This document shows positions 41,943-52,188 of a stretch of 64,000 nt of DNA, in pieces; the stretch's first letter is position 1; the number at the start of each line of letters is the position of its first letter. Source of the DNA: Nitrospirota bacterium (GTDB lineage: Bacteria; Nitrospirota; Thermodesulfovibrionia; Thermodesulfovibrionales; Dissulfurispiraceae); the NCBI GenBank assembly GCA_963710375.1, contig CAVPZX010000004.1, forward strand, positions 192,001-256,000. Direction: 5' to 3'. The notes beneath the pieces are model-generated. The model saw nothing but the letters and a program-made list of their open reading frames with translations, made no database searches and was not told the DNA's origin. The position numbers and the translations under genes were made by a program.

Positions 41943-42311
41943 ATGATACAAAATTTAAGCATCCTTGAGGTGGCGGACAACTCGGGTGCCAAGAGGGTCC
42001 AGTGCATAAGAGTCCTCGGGGGGTCCAATAGAAGGTATGCCCGGCTTGGCGATATCATAGTGGTGAGCGTTAAAGAAGCGATTCCCGAAGGCAATGTGAA
42101 AAAGGGCGCCGTGTCCAAGGCTGTTGTGGTGAGGACTAAAAAAGAAACGAAACGTCCTGACGGCTCATACATAAGGTTTGACCAGAATGCTGTTGTGCTT
42201 TTAAACCCACAGATGGAACCCGTTGGAACGAGAATTTTCGGACCGGTTGCTCGAGAGCTTAGATGGAAGGAATTCATGAAGATAATATCGCTTGCTCCCG
42301 AGGTACTATAA
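41943..42311 (+). CDS. rplN: 50S ribosomal protein L14
   Basis: [16 protein letters not shown]. Confidence 0.99.
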   Translation: MIQNLSILEVADNSGAKRVQCIRVLGGSNRRYARLGDIIVVSVKEAIPEGNVKKGAVSKAVVVRTKKETKRPDGSYIRFDQNAVVLLNPQMEPVGTRIFGPVARELRWKEFMKIISLAPEVL

Positions 42312-42327
42312 TAGTGAGGAGGATACA

Positions 42328-42645
42328 GTGGGGTTAGGAATAAAAAAGGGCGATACCGCCATGGTGACGACCGGAAAAAATAGGGGCAAAAAGGGAAGAG
42401 TGCTTTCAGTGTCCCGGGCTGCTGAAAAGGTTACGATTGAAGGTATAAATATTGTTAAAAGGCATACCAAGCCCAACAAGAAATATGCTCAAGGCGGCAT
42501 CATCGAAAAAGAAGGTCCCATTCATATATCAAACGTGATGTTCTTATGCCCGAAATGCGGCAAGCCGACAAGGATAGGCAATACAGTCCTTGATAACGGC
42601 AGTAAGCTCAGGACATGCAAAAAGTGCAAGGAGGTTTTAGATTAG
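42328..42645 (+). CDS. rplX: 50S ribosomal protein L24
   Basis: [28 protein letters not shown]. Confidence 0.98.
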   Translation: MGLGIKKGDTAMVTTGKNRGKKGRVLSVSRAAEKVTIEGINIVKRHTKPNKKYAQGGIIEKEGPIHISNVMFLCPKCGKPTRIGNTVLDNGSKLRTCKKCKEVLD

Positions 42646-42647
42646 TC

Positions 42648-43190
42648 ATGGCGCCGCGTCTTATGGAAAAATATGCAACGGAAGTAATACCTGTGATCAT
42701 GAAGGAGTTTTCATATAAAAATATTATGCAGGTCCCTAAACTGCAGAAGATTGTCGTTCATGTTACTCTTGGCGAAGCCACTCAGAACATCAAGCTTCTC
42801 GAAGCAGCTGAAAAGGAACTTGCTGCTATTACCGGGCAGAAGCCGCTGGTCACGAAATCAAAGAAGGCCATCGCAGGTTTCAAGCTCAAGGAGGGCGTTC
42901 CGCTCGGTTGCAAGGTCACGCTGCGGGGAGAGCGGATGTATGAATTTTTTGACAGGTTGATCAATGTTGCTTTGCCGAGAATCAGAGATTTCAGGGGGCT
43001 GTCTACAAAATCCTTTGACGGAAGGGGAAATTATTCTTTCGGCCTGAAGGAGCAGTACATATTTCCTGAGATCGATTACGATAAAGTTGAGATGGTGCAT
43101 GGGCTCGACATAACCATGTGCACTTCAGCAAAAAACGATACCGAATGCAAATCGTTGCTCAGGCATATGGGTATCCCTTTCAGAAAGTAA
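42648..43190 (+). CDS. rplE: 50S ribosomal protein L5
   Basis: [22 protein letters not shown]. Confidence 0.99.
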   Translation: MAPRLMEKYATEVIPVIMKEFSYKNIMQVPKLQKIVVHVTLGEATQNIKLLEAAEKELAAITGQKPLVTKSKKAIAGFKLKEGVPLGCKVTLRGERMYEFFDRLINVALPRIRDFRGLSTKSFDGRGNYSFGLKEQYIFPEIDYDKVEMVHGLDITMCTSAKNDTECKSLLRHMGIPFRK

Positions 43191-43199
43191 AGGAGGAGT

Positions 43200-43388
43200 T
43201 TGGTGGCAAAGACATGTTTAATTGAGAAAAGCAACAGGGCGCCCAAGTTTAAGGTACGGGCCTATAACCGGTGCAAGTCATGCGGTAGACCGAGAGGCTA
43301 CTTAAGGAAGTTCGGACTTTGCAGGATATGCTTCAGGACATTAGCCCTCAGGGGATTCATCCCCGGGGTTACAAAATCGAGCTGGTAG
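43200..43388 (+). CDS. rpsN: 30S ribosomal protein S14 (type Z, Zn-binding)
   Basis: [20 protein letters not shown]. Confidence 0.98.
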   Translation: MVAKTCLIEKSNRAPKFKVRAYNRCKSCGRPRGYLRKFGLCRICFRTLALRGFIPGVTKSSW

Positions 43389-43398
43389 GGGTGCAGGC

Positions 43399-43794
43399 AT
43401 GATGACCGATCCGATTGCTGATATGCTGACCAGAATGAGGAACACCCTCCTTATCAGGACAGAGAAGGTAGATATTCCGGCCTCTAGGATGAAGGTGGAA
43501 TTGGCAAAGATTTTAAAAGAAGAGGGTTTTATAAAATCATATAAAATTATAAAAGACAAAAAACAGGGCATGCTGCGGGTGACCCTTAAATATACGACAG
43601 ATAATAGTCCGGTTATCAGCGGCCTGAAGAGGATCAGTAAACCCGGCAGGAGAGTATATGCCGGCAAAGATGAGGTCCCAAAGGTCATGGACGGTGTTGG
43701 GATCGCTATCCTTACTACCTCGATGGGAGTCCTCAGCGATAAGTCATGTCGCCGGGAAGGTGTTGGCGGAGAGGTGCTCTGTTATGTTTGGTAA
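43399..43794 (+). CDS. rpsH: 30S ribosomal protein S8
   Basis: [28 protein letters not shown]. Confidence 0.99.
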   Translation: MMTDPIADMLTRMRNTLLIRTEKVDIPASRMKVELAKILKEEGFIKSYKIIKDKKQGMLRVTLKYTTDNSPVISGLKRISKPGRRVYAGKDEVPKVMDGVGIAILTTSMGVLSDKSCRREGVGGEVLCYVW

Positions 43795-43800
43795 TGAGTA

Positions 43801-43893
43801 CAGGTTAAGGCTGAGGCTGAGGTTAAGGAAAAAAGACTAAATGAGCGAGAATTGCTTGCCCTAACCCTAACCCTTAACCTTAACCTAAACCTG
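43801..43893. repeat. Hexamer AGGTTA/TAACCT element between rpsH and rplF
   Basis: caggtt aaggct gaggct gaggtt aagg ... ccctaa ccctaa cccttaa ccttaa cctaaa cctg. Confidence 0.88.
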
Positions 43894-43912
43894 TTTTTTG
43901 GAGGAGAAATAG

Positions 43913-44455
43913 ATGTCACGAATAGGTAAAAAGCCCATTACTATTCCGCAGGGAATAAACGTTGAAGTCAATCAGGACGTTATTAAAGTTAAAGGGAAGA
44001 AGGGCGAACTGAACTATACCTTCCCCGAAGGCATCAAGATATCAGTTGCCGATGGGAAGATCATTATTGAGAGGAGTAGTGATTCAAAGTCGCACAGGTC
44101 ACTCCACGGCCTTGCCAGAAGCCTTGTGTCTAACATGGTGAACGGTGTATCGCAGGGATATACAAGGGTACTGGAAATAACCGGCATTGGTTACCGGTCC
44201 CAGGTGAAGGGGACCAAACTTGCGTTTACATTGGGGTATTCTCATCCAATTGAATATCAGCTTCCCGAGGGGATAAAGGCTGCTGTTGATGAGAAGCAGA
44301 CGACTATCACATTGACCGGCATGGATAAACAACTGCTTGGTCAGGTTGCTGCCAATGTAAGGGAGTTAAGGCTGCCCGATGCCTATAAAGGCAAGGGAGT
44401 CAGGTATCAAGGTGAGCGGATCAAATTGAAGGCTGGAAAGACGGGTAAAAAATAG
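43913..44455 (+). CDS. rplF: 50S ribosomal protein L6
   Basis: MSRIGKKPI, LGYSHP, YKGKGV. Confidence 0.99.
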   Translation: MSRIGKKPITIPQGINVEVNQDVIKVKGKKGELNYTFPEGIKISVADGKIIIERSSDSKSHRSLHGLARSLVSNMVNGVSQGYTRVLEITGIGYRSQVKGTKLAFTLGYSHPIEYQLPEGIKAAVDEKQTTITLTGMDKQLLGQVAANVRELRLPDAYKGKGVRYQGERIKLKAGKTGKK

Positions 44456-44522
44456 GCTAAGGCTAAGGTTAAGGTTGAGAAAAAAGACTTAACGGGTTTT
44501 TCTTAACCTTAACCTTAACCTG
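44453..44522. repeat. Hexamer AGGTTA/TAACCT element between rplF and rplR
   Basis: taggct aaggct aaggtt aaggtt gag ... ct taacct taacct taacct g. Confidence 0.88.
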
Positions 44523-44542
44523 TATTCTTGAAGGAGGATGTC

Positions 44543-44902
44543 GTGATTGTAAAGGAAGAGGCGAGGCAAAGGCGCCACAAAAGATTGAGGAAAAAGGTAT
44601 CCGGCAGCGTTGAGCGGCCGAGACTCTGCATTTACAAGAGCCTCAACCATATATATGCGCAGATTATCGACGATACGAAAGGTCATACTCTTATTACCGC
44701 ATCCTCGCTCGATAAGGAGTTGAAGGATGAAGGGGGACACAAGGGCAACACAGCCATGGCCAGACGGGTGGGTTTGCTGATAGCGTCGCGGGCGGTTCCT
44801 CTGGGAGTTAAAAAGATCGTATTTGACCGCGGTGGTTATAAATATCATGGTCGCATGAAAGCCCTCGCTGACGGTGCACGCGAAGGCGGCTTGGAATTTT
44901 AA
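44543..44902 (+). CDS. rplR: 50S ribosomal protein L18
   Basis: [24 protein letters not shown]. Confidence 0.98.
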   Translation: MIVKEEARQRRHKRLRKKVSGSVERPRLCIYKSLNHIYAQIIDDTKGHTLITASSLDKELKDEGGHKGNTAMARRVGLLIASRAVPLGVKKIVFDRGGYKYHGRMKALADGAREGGLEF

Positions 44903-44908
44903 GTTGAT

Positions 44909-44994
44909 AATTACGAATTACGAATTAGGAATTACGAATTGTGGAAGAACATTATGGTCATTCATTGTTAATTCTTAATTCTTAATTCGTAATT
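44909..44994. repeat. Heptamer (AATTACG/CTTAATT) element between rplR and rpsE
   Basis: aattacg aattacg aattagg aattacg aatt gtggaa ... cttaatt cttaatt cgtaatt. Confidence 0.9.
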
Positions 44995-45006
44995 AAAAAA
45001 GGAGGT

Positions 45007-45546
45007 ATGGTGAAAACCGAAAGGATCGACGCTGAGGGGCTTAATTTAAAAGACAAGGTGGTCTATATAAACAGAGTTGCGAAGGTTGTTAAGGGAGGAA
45101 GGAGATTTTCCTTCAGCGCCCTTGTTGTCGTCGGCAGCGGAGACGGCATTGTCGGTGTTGGCAAGGGAAAGGCTTCAGAAGTGCCGGAAGCAATACGAAA
45201 GGCAGTGGAACAGGCCAAAAAACGCCTCATGCGGTTTGCCTTAAAAGAGGGAACCATTACGCACAAAATTATTGGAAAGTACGGTTCCAATGCAGTTGTC
45301 ATGAATCCGGCACCCAAGGGGACCGGCCTGATTGCAGGCGGCGCAGTCCGCGCGGTCTTTGAGGTTTCCGGTATCCACGATATTGTTGCAAAGGCGCTTG
45401 GCGGCCACAACCCTTTCAACACTGTTAGAGCGACACTGGATGGGCTCAGCCATTTAATGGACCCTGATGTTGTCAATAGACTAAGAGGCAAGGCCGAAGG
45501 GGAAGCCGTTGTGGAGGAAGAGAGCGAACAGGAGGTCAAAAGTTAA
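45007..45546 (+). CDS. rpsE: 30S ribosomal protein S5
   Basis: [23 protein letters not shown]. Confidence 0.99.
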   Translation: MVKTERIDAEGLNLKDKVVYINRVAKVVKGGRRFSFSALVVVGSGDGIVGVGKGKASEVPEAIRKAVEQAKKRLMRFALKEGTITHKIIGKYGSNAVVMNPAPKGTGLIAGGAVRAVFEVSGIHDIVAKALGGHNPFNTVRATLDGLSHLMDPDVVNRLRGKAEGEAVVEEESEQEVKS

Positions 45547-45549
45547 CCA

Positions 45550-45993
45550 ATGAAAATAGAGAATTTGTCACCGGCCCCAGGGAGCAGAAAAAAGCCAAAG
45601 AGAATAGGCAGGGGCATGGGTTCCGGACACGGAAAGACTGCTACCAAGGGACATAAAGGACAGAAAGCGCGCTCCGGCGGCAACAAAGGGCCGGCCTTTG
45701 AAGGTGGACAGACGCCGCTCCAGAGAAGGCTTCCCAAGAGGGGATTCTCGAATAGGCCCTTCAAGAAAGAATACTCAATTGTGAACCTGGACGATATCGC
45801 AAAGCTTGCCGATATCGACACAGTAACGCCCGAAATCCTGATTAAACACAAGATTATAAGAGAATTGAAGGATGGTCTTAAAGTTCTGGGCGATGGTGAC
45901 ATAACCAGGCCTATTATTATTAAGGCACATGCATTCAGCGCTTCTGCGGTATCCAAAATAACTGCAGCCGGCGGCAAGTCCGAGGTATTATAG
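45550..45993 (+). CDS. rplO: 50S ribosomal protein L15
   Basis: [27 protein letters not shown]. Confidence 0.99.
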   Translation: MKIENLSPAPGSRKKPKRIGRGMGSGHGKTATKGHKGQKARSGGNKGPAFEGGQTPLQRRLPKRGFSNRPFKKEYSIVNLDDIAKLADIDTVTPEILIKHKIIRELKDGLKVLGDGDITRPIIIKAHAFSASAVSKITAAGGKSEVL

Positions 45994-45995
45994 CT

Positions 45996-47303
45996 TTGGG
46001 CTTACTGGCCAGCATTCAAAACATCTTTAAAATCGCCGAATTAAAAAACAGGGTGCTGTTTACGCTCAGTCTGCTCGCAGTTTACAGAATGGGCGCGCAT
46101 ATCCCTACGCCAGGCATCAATAGTGAGGCGCTGAGCAAGTTCCTTACTGAAAAGGGCGGGGCGATGATGGGCTTTTTTGATATGTTCTCAGGCGGCGCCC
46201 TTTCGAGGGTCACGATTTTTGCACTGGGAATCATGCCGTATATCAGCGCTTCGATTATCTTTCAGCTCCTTACAGTGGTTATCCCCAGCCTGGGCAAACT
46301 TGCAAAAGAAGGAGAGTCCGGCAGGAAAAGGATCGTCAAATATACCAGATTCGCCACAGTTGGTATCGGCGCTATACAGTCTTTCGGCATAGCTGTCGGC
46401 CTGGAAGGAATGGCTGGAGGACAATTCATTCAGAACCCTGGCTGGAGCTTCAGAATTATGACTATGATCACCCTTACCTCCGGGACTGCATTTCTTATGT
46501 GGCTTGGAGAACAGATAACGGAGAGAGGTATTGGAAATGGCATTTCCCTCATCATTTTTGCAGGCATAGCTGCCCGGTTTCCTAACGCTGTATTCAGCAC
46601 ATTCAGTTTGGTAAGGGCCGGTGAGCTATCGATATTCTTCGTCATTTTGCTTACAGTAATTATGGTGGCGGTTATCGGCGGCATCATCTTTATCGAGAGG
46701 GGGCAGAGGAAGATTCCGGTCCAGTATGCAAAGCGGGTGATTGGCAGGAAAGTTTTCGGCGGTCAGAGCACTCATCTTCCCTTAAAGGTAAACACCGCTG
46801 GAGTTATTCCCCCCATCTTTGCTTCTTCTATAATTATGTTCCCGGCAACGGTTGCCGGATTCATTGCAGTGCCATGGGTGCAGGCCATTGCCAAACAGTT
46901 GGCTCCAGGTACGCCGACTTACACCCTTCTATATGTAGGTATGATTTTCTTTTTCAGTTATTTTTATACAGCGGTGATATTCAACCCGGTCGATATTGCC
47001 GAAAACCTGCAAAAGCATGGAGGCTTCATTCCCGGTATCAGACCGGGACAGAAGACAACTGAATACATCTACCGTGTACTTACGCGTTTGACTTTTGTGG
47101 GGGCTCTTTACCTTGCCATAGTGTGTGTAATGCCGGAGCTGCTCATCAAACGGTTCAATGTACCTTTTTACTTTGGCGGAACATCTCTCCTGATAGCCGT
47201 AGGCGTTGCCCTCGACACAGTCTCACAGATAGAATCTCACTTGTTAACCAGGTCTTACGAGGGTTTTCTCCAGAGAGGTAAATTGAAAGGCAGAAGAGAT
47301 TAA
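45996..47303 (+). CDS. secY: Preprotein translocase SecY
   Basis: IFALGIMPYISASII, GIGNGISL, GGTSLLI. Confidence 0.99.
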   Translation: MGLLASIQNIFKIAELKNRVLFTLSLLAVYRMGAHIPTPGINSEALSKFLTEKGGAMMGFFDMFSGGALSRVTIFALGIMPYISASIIFQLLTVVIPSLGKLAKEGESGRKRIVKYTRFATVGIGAIQSFGIAVGLEGMAGGQFIQNPGWSFRIMTMITLTSGTAFLMWLGEQITERGIGNGISLIIFAGIAARFPNAVFSTFSLVRAGELSIFFVILLTVIMVAVIGGIIFIERGQRKIPVQYAKRVIGRKVFGGQSTHLPLKVNTAGVIPPIFASSIIMFPATVAGFIAVPWVQAIAKQLAPGTPTYTLLYVGMIFFFSYFYTAVIFNPVDIAENLQKHGGFIPGIRPGQKTTEYIYRVLTRLTFVGALYLAIVCVMPELLIKRFNVPFYFGGTSLLIAVGVALDTVSQIESHLLTRSYEGFLQRGKLKGRRD

Positions 47304-47315
47304 CATTACTGCACT

Positions 47316-48065
47316 GTGATAATCGTAAAGTCCAAAAGAGAGATAGAAAAAATTGCAGCTGCGTGCCGTATCGTAGCAGAGATTCTGAAGAACCTGAAGT
47401 CCTTTATTGCGGTGGATATAACGACTGCCGACATAGAAGCGTACGTGAAGGACCAGATAAAGAAGCGGAACGCAATTTCGGCCTTTATGGGATATAGGGG
47501 GTATCCGGCAAGCACGTGCACATCGGTCAATGACCAGGTGGTGCATGGCATCCCGTCCCGGATGTCCAGATTGAAAAGCGGCGACATAATTAGTATTGAT
47601 TTGGGCGTTGTCCTGGAAGGGTTTTACGGCGACGCAGCTCTGACTTTTCCAGTTGGCGTTGTGGATGATGAGGCACGGAAGTTGATGTCGGTAACCGAAG
47701 AGGCCCTATATGCAGGGATAAAGAATGCTGTGGTGGGAAACAGGGTCTCGGACATTTCGGCTGCCATTCAGCAGCATGTAGAGTCCAACGGTTTTTCTGT
47801 CGTGAGGGCATTTGTCGGACATGGAATCGGGCGCTCTTTGCATGAGGATCCCCAAGTGCCGAACTTTGGTGAATCCGGCCGGGGGCCTCGACTTAAGGAG
47901 GGAATGACCTTGGCAATTGAGCCTATGGTTAACGCCGGTTGTGCGGACGTTAACATACTCGATGACGGATGGACAGCCGTTACTGCTGATGGCCGGTTGT
48001 CCGCTCACTTTGAACATACTATTGCTATAACTAAAAGTGTTCCGGTAATCTTGACTAAAATTTAG
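47316..48065 (+). CDS. map: Methionine aminopeptidase type I
   Basis: VVHGIP, GHGIG..LHEDP, AIEPMV, SAHFEHT. Confidence 0.98.
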   Translation: MIIVKSKREIEKIAAACRIVAEILKNLKSFIAVDITTADIEAYVKDQIKKRNAISAFMGYRGYPASTCTSVNDQVVHGIPSRMSRLKSGDIISIDLGVVLEGFYGDAALTFPVGVVDDEARKLMSVTEEALYAGIKNAVVGNRVSDISAAIQQHVESNGFSVVRAFVGHGIGRSLHEDPQVPNFGESGRGPRLKEGMTLAIEPMVNAGCADVNILDDGWTAVTADGRLSAHFEHTIAITKSVPVILTKI

Positions 48066-48079
48066 TATACAGGTATAAT
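48051..48079 (+). promoter_or_regulatory. Internal promoter upstream of infA
   Basis: TTGACT-17 nt-TATAAT. Confidence 0.7.
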
Positions 48080-48092
48080 GATAGGCTTACGC

Positions 48093-48311
48093 ATGGCGAA
48101 AGAAGAAAATATTGAAGTGTCGGGAACAATCGTCGAAACTCTGCCAAACGCGATGTTCAGGGTTGCTCTCGAAAACGGCCAAATTATACTTGCATACGTA
48201 TCCGGCAAGATGCGGATGCATTTTATAAAGATATTGCCTGGGGACAAAGTTACTATCGAGCTTTCCCCATATGATCTGACTAAGGGCCGTATAACGTATA
48301 GATTCAAATAG
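48093..48311 (+). CDS. infA: Translation initiation factor IF-1
   Basis: [24 protein letters not shown]. Confidence 0.99.
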   Translation: MAKEENIEVSGTIVETLPNAMFRVALENGQIILAYVSGKMRMHFIKILPGDKVTIELSPYDLTKGRITYRFK

Positions 48312-48374
48312 TGAACGGCGGTTTGCAGTACGTGCCTACTGCCTGCTGTTTAGTATCTTTTAGGGGGATGAATT

Positions 48375-48488
48375 ATGAAGGTAAAGCCTTCTGTAAAACC
48401 GGTATGTTCCAAGTGTAAGATAGTGAAGAGAAAAGGCGTTGTCAGGATCCTCTGTGAAAACCCGAGGCATAAGCAGAGGCAGGGATAG
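48375..48488 (+). CDS. rpmJ: 50S ribosomal protein L36 (below the ORF-track cutoff)
   Basis: Hand translation: [37 protein letters not shown]. Confidence 0.98.
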   Translation: MKVKPSVKPVCSKCKIVKRKGVVRILCENPRHKQRQG

Positions 48489-48549
48489 CGACAAGGCTTG
48501 TTGTACATGGTATTATTTAACAATTTTATGGATGACAAAGGAGTAGAGC

Positions 48550-48918
48550 ATGGCAAGAATTGCTGGCGTTGATCTGCCGAAGAATGAGCGCGTCGAGATT
48601 GGGCTTACGCGCATATTTGGCATTGGAAGGGCTTTATCGAATAAGATATTAAAAGAGATCAATGTAAATCCCGATATACGCGTCAAGGACCTTACTGACG
48701 CGGATGTCGTTAAGATCAGGAGCAGCATAGAAAAAGAGTATAAGGTCGAGGGCGATCTCAGGCGCGAAGTTGGGATGAATGTAAAGAGGCTCACCGATAT
48801 TGGATGTTATAGGGGAACGAGGCATTCTGCACATTTGCCGGTGAGAGGCCAAAGGACAAAGACCAATGCGCGGACCCGCCGTGGCCCGCGGAAGCTTGTG
48901 CTGAGGAAAAAGTCATAA
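48550..48918 (+). CDS. rpsM: 30S ribosomal protein S13
   Basis: [25 protein letters not shown]. Confidence 0.99.
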   Translation: MARIAGVDLPKNERVEIGLTRIFGIGRALSNKILKEINVNPDIRVKDLTDADVVKIRSSIEKEYKVEGDLRREVGMNVKRLTDIGCYRGTRHSAHLPVRGQRTKTNARTRRGPRKLVLRKKS

Positions 48919-48934
48919 GGAGGACTGGTATATA

Positions 48935-49321
48935 ATGGCGCAGAAGAAGAGAGTCGGCAAGAAAGTCAAGAAGCATATTGCAAACGGCACTGCTCATATA
49001 CAGACTACTTTTAACAATACGATTATCACTATAACCGATACCACTGGCAATGTTATTGCCTGGTCAAGTGCGGGAAGTCTCGGATTCAAGGGGTCGCGGA
49101 AGGGCACGCCTTTTGCCGCTCAGATAGCATCCGAGACAGCAGCCAAAAAGGCCATGGAAGTGGGCCTCAGGCAGGTTGACGTGTTCGTCAAAGGTCCGGG
49201 GGCTGGAAGAGAGACGGCAATCAGGGCCTTGCAAGCGGCGGGACTGGAAATTACGCTGATTAAGGATGTTACCCCGGTGCCCCATAACGGTTGCAGGCCG
49301 CCTAAAAGGAGGAGAGTGTAA
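48935..49321 (+). CDS. rpsK: 30S ribosomal protein S11
   Basis: [23 protein letters not shown]. Confidence 0.99.
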   Translation: MAQKKRVGKKVKKHIANGTAHIQTTFNNTIITITDTTGNVIAWSSAGSLGFKGSRKGTPFAAQIASETAAKKAMEVGLRQVDVFVKGPGAGRETAIRALQAAGLEITLIKDVTPVPHNGCRPPKRRRV

Positions 49322-49948
49322 ATGGCTAGATACACGGGCCCGTTGTGCAGGCTTTGCAGAAGAGAGGGAGAAAAACTCTTTTTAAAGGGCACAAGGTGCT
49401 ATACCGAGAAATGTGGCGTGGAACGGAGGAAATACCCTCCAGGACAGCATGGCCAGAGCAGGGGTAAACTCTCCGATTATGGGATGCAGTTGAGGGAGAA
49501 ACAGAAAGTCAGAAGAGTATACTGGATAATGGAGGACCAGTTCAGGAATTATTTTGAGAAGGCTTCCAGGCTGAAGGGCATCACAGGTGAAGTATTACTT
49601 CAATTATTGGAAAGCAGGCTCGATAATGTGGTGTATAGGATGGGCTTTGCTCTTAATAGAAGAGAGTCAAGACAACTTGTCAGGCATGGTCATTTTACTG
49701 TGAACGGAAAGAAAGTTGATATACCATCATATATTTTAAAGGACGGCGATATAGTTGCAGTTGCTGAACAGAGCAGGGAACTCCAGGCTATCACGGAGAG
49801 CTTATCTATTGCTGAACACAGAGGATTCCCTGAATGGGTTGAGGTTGATACCAAAAACCTGACCGGAAAGTTTGCAAGGGTGCCTTCCCGTGATGAAATA
49901 CAATTACCGGTACAGGAGCAGCTCATAGTCGAGCTTTACTCAAAGTAA
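49322..49948 (+). CDS. rpsD: 30S ribosomal protein S4
   Basis: [23 protein letters not shown]. Confidence 0.99.
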   Translation: MARYTGPLCRLCRREGEKLFLKGTRCYTEKCGVERRKYPPGQHGQSRGKLSDYGMQLREKQKVRRVYWIMEDQFRNYFEKASRLKGITGEVLLQLLESRLDNVVYRMGFALNRRESRQLVRHGHFTVNGKKVDIPSYILKDGDIVAVAEQSRELQAITESLSIAEHRGFPEWVEVDTKNLTGKFARVPSRDEIQLPVQEQLIVELYSK

Positions 49949-49953
49949 CGGAA

Positions 49954-49985
49954 TCCCCGAAAAGTCGTCAGACTTTTTTGGGGTG
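49954..49985. repeat. REP-like hairpin, copy 2
   Basis: tccccgaaaagtc-gtca-gac(t)nggggt. Confidence 0.7.
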
Positions 49986-50078
49986 TAAAGTAGCCGGGTG
50001 CGTCCGAAGGATATCTGAAAAGAGTTCCTCGGTAATAATTTATGAAACATAGAAAATAAAGGCATAGGAGACCGTATT

Positions 50079-51086
50079 ATGGATCTTGTAAAAAAAGGCT
50101 TTCAACTGCCTCAAAAGATTATTTTTGAAGAAGAGACCCTTACGGATTATTATGGAAAGCTTGTTGCCGAGCCGCTTGAGCGTGGATATGGAACGACCAT
50201 TGGTAATTCGCTTCGCAGGGTTTTGCTTTCCTCGATAGAAGGTGCGGCTGTTACCGGAATCAGGATGCCCGGTGTCTTGCATGAGTTTTCTGCCATAAAA
50301 TCAGTAAAAGAAGATGTTGTTGACATTGTGCTTAATGTAAAAAAGCTTAGGTTCAAGGTGTACTCAGAAGGAACAAGTATTGTTTCGATAAAGGTAAAAG
50401 GGCCCAAAGTGGTTACCGCCGCTGATATAGAGACTGATGCCAATGTCGAGGTCTTGAATAACGACTGTTATATTGCAACGGTAGACAACAATGCCACATT
50501 CGAGATGGAATTGTATGTCAGGAAGGGCAAGGGCTATGTGGCCGCAGAGTTAAATAAGGAGCAAGATCTGCCGATTGATGTGATTGCGGTGGATTCCATT
50601 TACAGTCCAGTAAAGAAGGTGAATTTCTGGGTTGAAAAAGCGAGGGTTGGACGTTCGACTGATTATGACCGGCTTGTATTGGAGCTATGGACTGATAGTG
50701 GTATAACTCCTGAAAAGGCGGTCAGCGATGCTGCTTCAATATTGATGGACCACCTCGACCTGTTTATTTTTCTTGAGGAGGAAAATATTACTGAAGAGTC
50801 ACCCCGGACAGCAGCCGTTGTTGACTTGACAAGAATATCTAATGAGAACCTGCTGAAGAGCATTGATGAGCTTGAACTATCAGTTAGGTCGTATAATTGC
50901 CTGAAAAATGCTAATATCAAGACCATTTCCGATCTTGTGCAAAGGACCGAACATGAAATGCTCAAGACCAAGAATTTCGGCCGTAAGTCACTCAATGAAA
51001 TAAAGAATATCCTTAATTCGATGGGATTGAGTTTCGGCATGCGGATTGATATGAATGAGTTTGAAGGCAGTGCTTCAAAATCTTAG
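50079..51086 (+). CDS. rpoA: RNA polymerase alpha subunit
   Basis: [27 protein letters not shown]. Confidence 0.99.
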   Translation: MDLVKKGFQLPQKIIFEEETLTDYYGKLVAEPLERGYGTTIGNSLRRVLLSSIEGAAVTGIRMPGVLHEFSAIKSVKEDVVDIVLNVKKLRFKVYSEGTSIVSIKVKGPKVVTAADIETDANVEVLNNDCYIATVDNNATFEMELYVRKGKGYVAAELNKEQDLPIDVIAVDSIYSPVKKVNFWVEKARVGRSTDYDRLVLELWTDSGITPEKAVSDAASILMDHLDLFIFLEEENITEESPRTAAVVDLTRISNENLLKSIDELELSVRSYNCLKNANIKTISDLVQRTEHEMLKTKNFGRKSLNEIKNILNSMGLSFGMRIDMNEFEGSASKS

Positions 51087-51104
51087 AGGAGGTACTGAGC
51101 AACG

Positions 51105-51506
51105 ATGAACCATAAAGTCGCAGGCAGGCATTTTGGAAGAACGGCGAACCAGAGAAAGGCATTACTCCGCGGCCTCGTATCGTCTCTTTTTGAGCACCAG
51201 AGAATCGAAACAACACTCGCGAGGGCCAAGGCTATTAAAAGCATAGCTGAAGAGCTGGTAACCTTTGGCAAGCGTGGCGACCTTCATTCAAAAAGAATGG
51301 TGCTGTCCTATATACCTAACAGAACGGTGGTATCTAAGCTTTTTTCCGATATAGCCCCCAGATTTACCGATAAGAATGGCGGTTATTTAAGGATTGTGCA
51401 GACCCGGCAAAGGGTCAATGACCGTGCCCCTATGGCCATCGTAGAGTTTGTTGATTATGAAAATATCGCTCCCAAGAAAGAGGGTAAGGCTGAGGCGAAG
51501 AAATGA
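51105..51506 (+). CDS. rplQ: 50S ribosomal protein L17
   Basis: IETTLARAK, GGYLRI. Confidence 0.98.
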   Translation: MNHKVAGRHFGRTANQRKALLRGLVSSLFEHQRIETTLARAKAIKSIAEELVTFGKRGDLHSKRMVLSYIPNRTVVSKLFSDIAPRFTDKNGGYLRIVQTRQRVNDRAPMAIVEFVDYENIAPKKEGKAEAKK

Positions 51507-51637
51507 ATGATATCGTTATTGGTGCTCTCATCCTTGTTGTCTTGGTAATACTCCAGTTGTTCATATTCCCAAGACTTGGAGTTAACACCTGAATCGTGTC
51601 CCGCAAGGGTTCGGGGAAATCCAAAAAATGTAAATGA
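51503..51637 (+). CDS. Single-TM microprotein: 29 aa to TGA at 51590, or 44 aa if that UGA is recoded
   Basis: ATGA overlap with the rplQ stop; MNDIVIGALILVVLVILQLFIFPRLGVNT(TGA)IVSRKGSGKSKKCK*. Confidence 0.65.
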
Positions 51638-51638
51638 G

Positions 51639-51662
51639 GCGGCCCATTCGGCCGCTTTTTTT
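51639..51662 (+). terminator. Intrinsic terminator ending the alpha operon
   Basis: gcggcc-cattc-ggccgc followed by a T-run. Confidence 0.85.
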
Positions 51663-51712
51663 ATGGCTTTTTTATGGCCATGAGTCCTAAGGCATAGGTT
51701 ATAATAACTATA

Positions 51713-51973
51713 ATGCAATTTGACGGTATTACGCTAATCGGATTAGTAGCAGCCGTGCTCACGACCTCATCATTGGTTCCCCAGGTGATAAAGACTTGGA
51801 AGCTGAAAGAGACGAGGGACATCTCTCTTTTGATGTTTATTTTCATGGGGGCCGGTTTGTTTCTGTGGATGATATATGGTTTTTTTTTGCACAACCTGCC
51901 GATTATTGCAGCAAACGGCGTATCTTTTACTTTTGTTTTGATAATCCTCTTCTTTAAAGCCAAATACGGGTAA
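51713..51973 (+). CDS. SemiSWEET (PQ-loop) transporter
   Basis: 86 aa, 3 TM, LVPQVIKTWK, DIS, LWMIYG, PIIAAN. Confidence 0.93.
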   Translation: MQFDGITLIGLVAAVLTTSSLVPQVIKTWKLKETRDISLLMFIFMGAGLFLWMIYGFFLHNLPIIAANGVSFTFVLIILFFKAKYG

Positions 51974-51977
51974 CCTG

Positions 51978-52011
51978 CACCCCAGAAAATCTTTGACTTT
52001 TTGGGGACCCC
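51978..52011. repeat. REP-like hairpin, copy 3 (opposite orientation)
   Basis: Reverse complement reads ggggtccccaaaaagtcaaagattttctggggtg. Confidence 0.7.
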
Positions 52012-52062
52012 GTGCGCTGACCTACTACCTATTAGTCTTTCTTATTTAGGCTATTCGTATAG

Positions 52063-52130
52063 TTGACATCAAAGCCTTTGTTTGCTAGAGTTTGATTGAA
52101 AGCCAGAAAAAAAAGAGTTGCACTATGCAA
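52063..52130 (+). promoter_or_regulatory. Hydrogenase operon promoter and downstream palindrome
   Basis: TTGACA-17 nt-TAGAGT (TG extension); GTTGCA-cta-TGCAAC at 52116-52130. Confidence 0.6.
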
Positions 52131-52188
52131 CCATGGACTTCCTAATGAAACATATAGTCATAACAGCAGGTGATTTAAAGAGGAATAT

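Noticed and set aside
43859..43893. CCCTAA telomere-like hexamers as eukaryotic contamination
   Set aside because: Only two units; they are variants of the TAACCT arm within an intact spc operon.
18890..44994. Repeat clusters as CRISPR arrays
   Set aside because: Units are 6-8 bp in direct tandem with inverted arms; there are no 25-40 bp repeats with unique spacers and no cas genes.
48311..48350. Possible extra heptamer element between infA and rpmJ (also 60011-60050)
   Set aside because: Too short and degenerate to support as two-armed elements.
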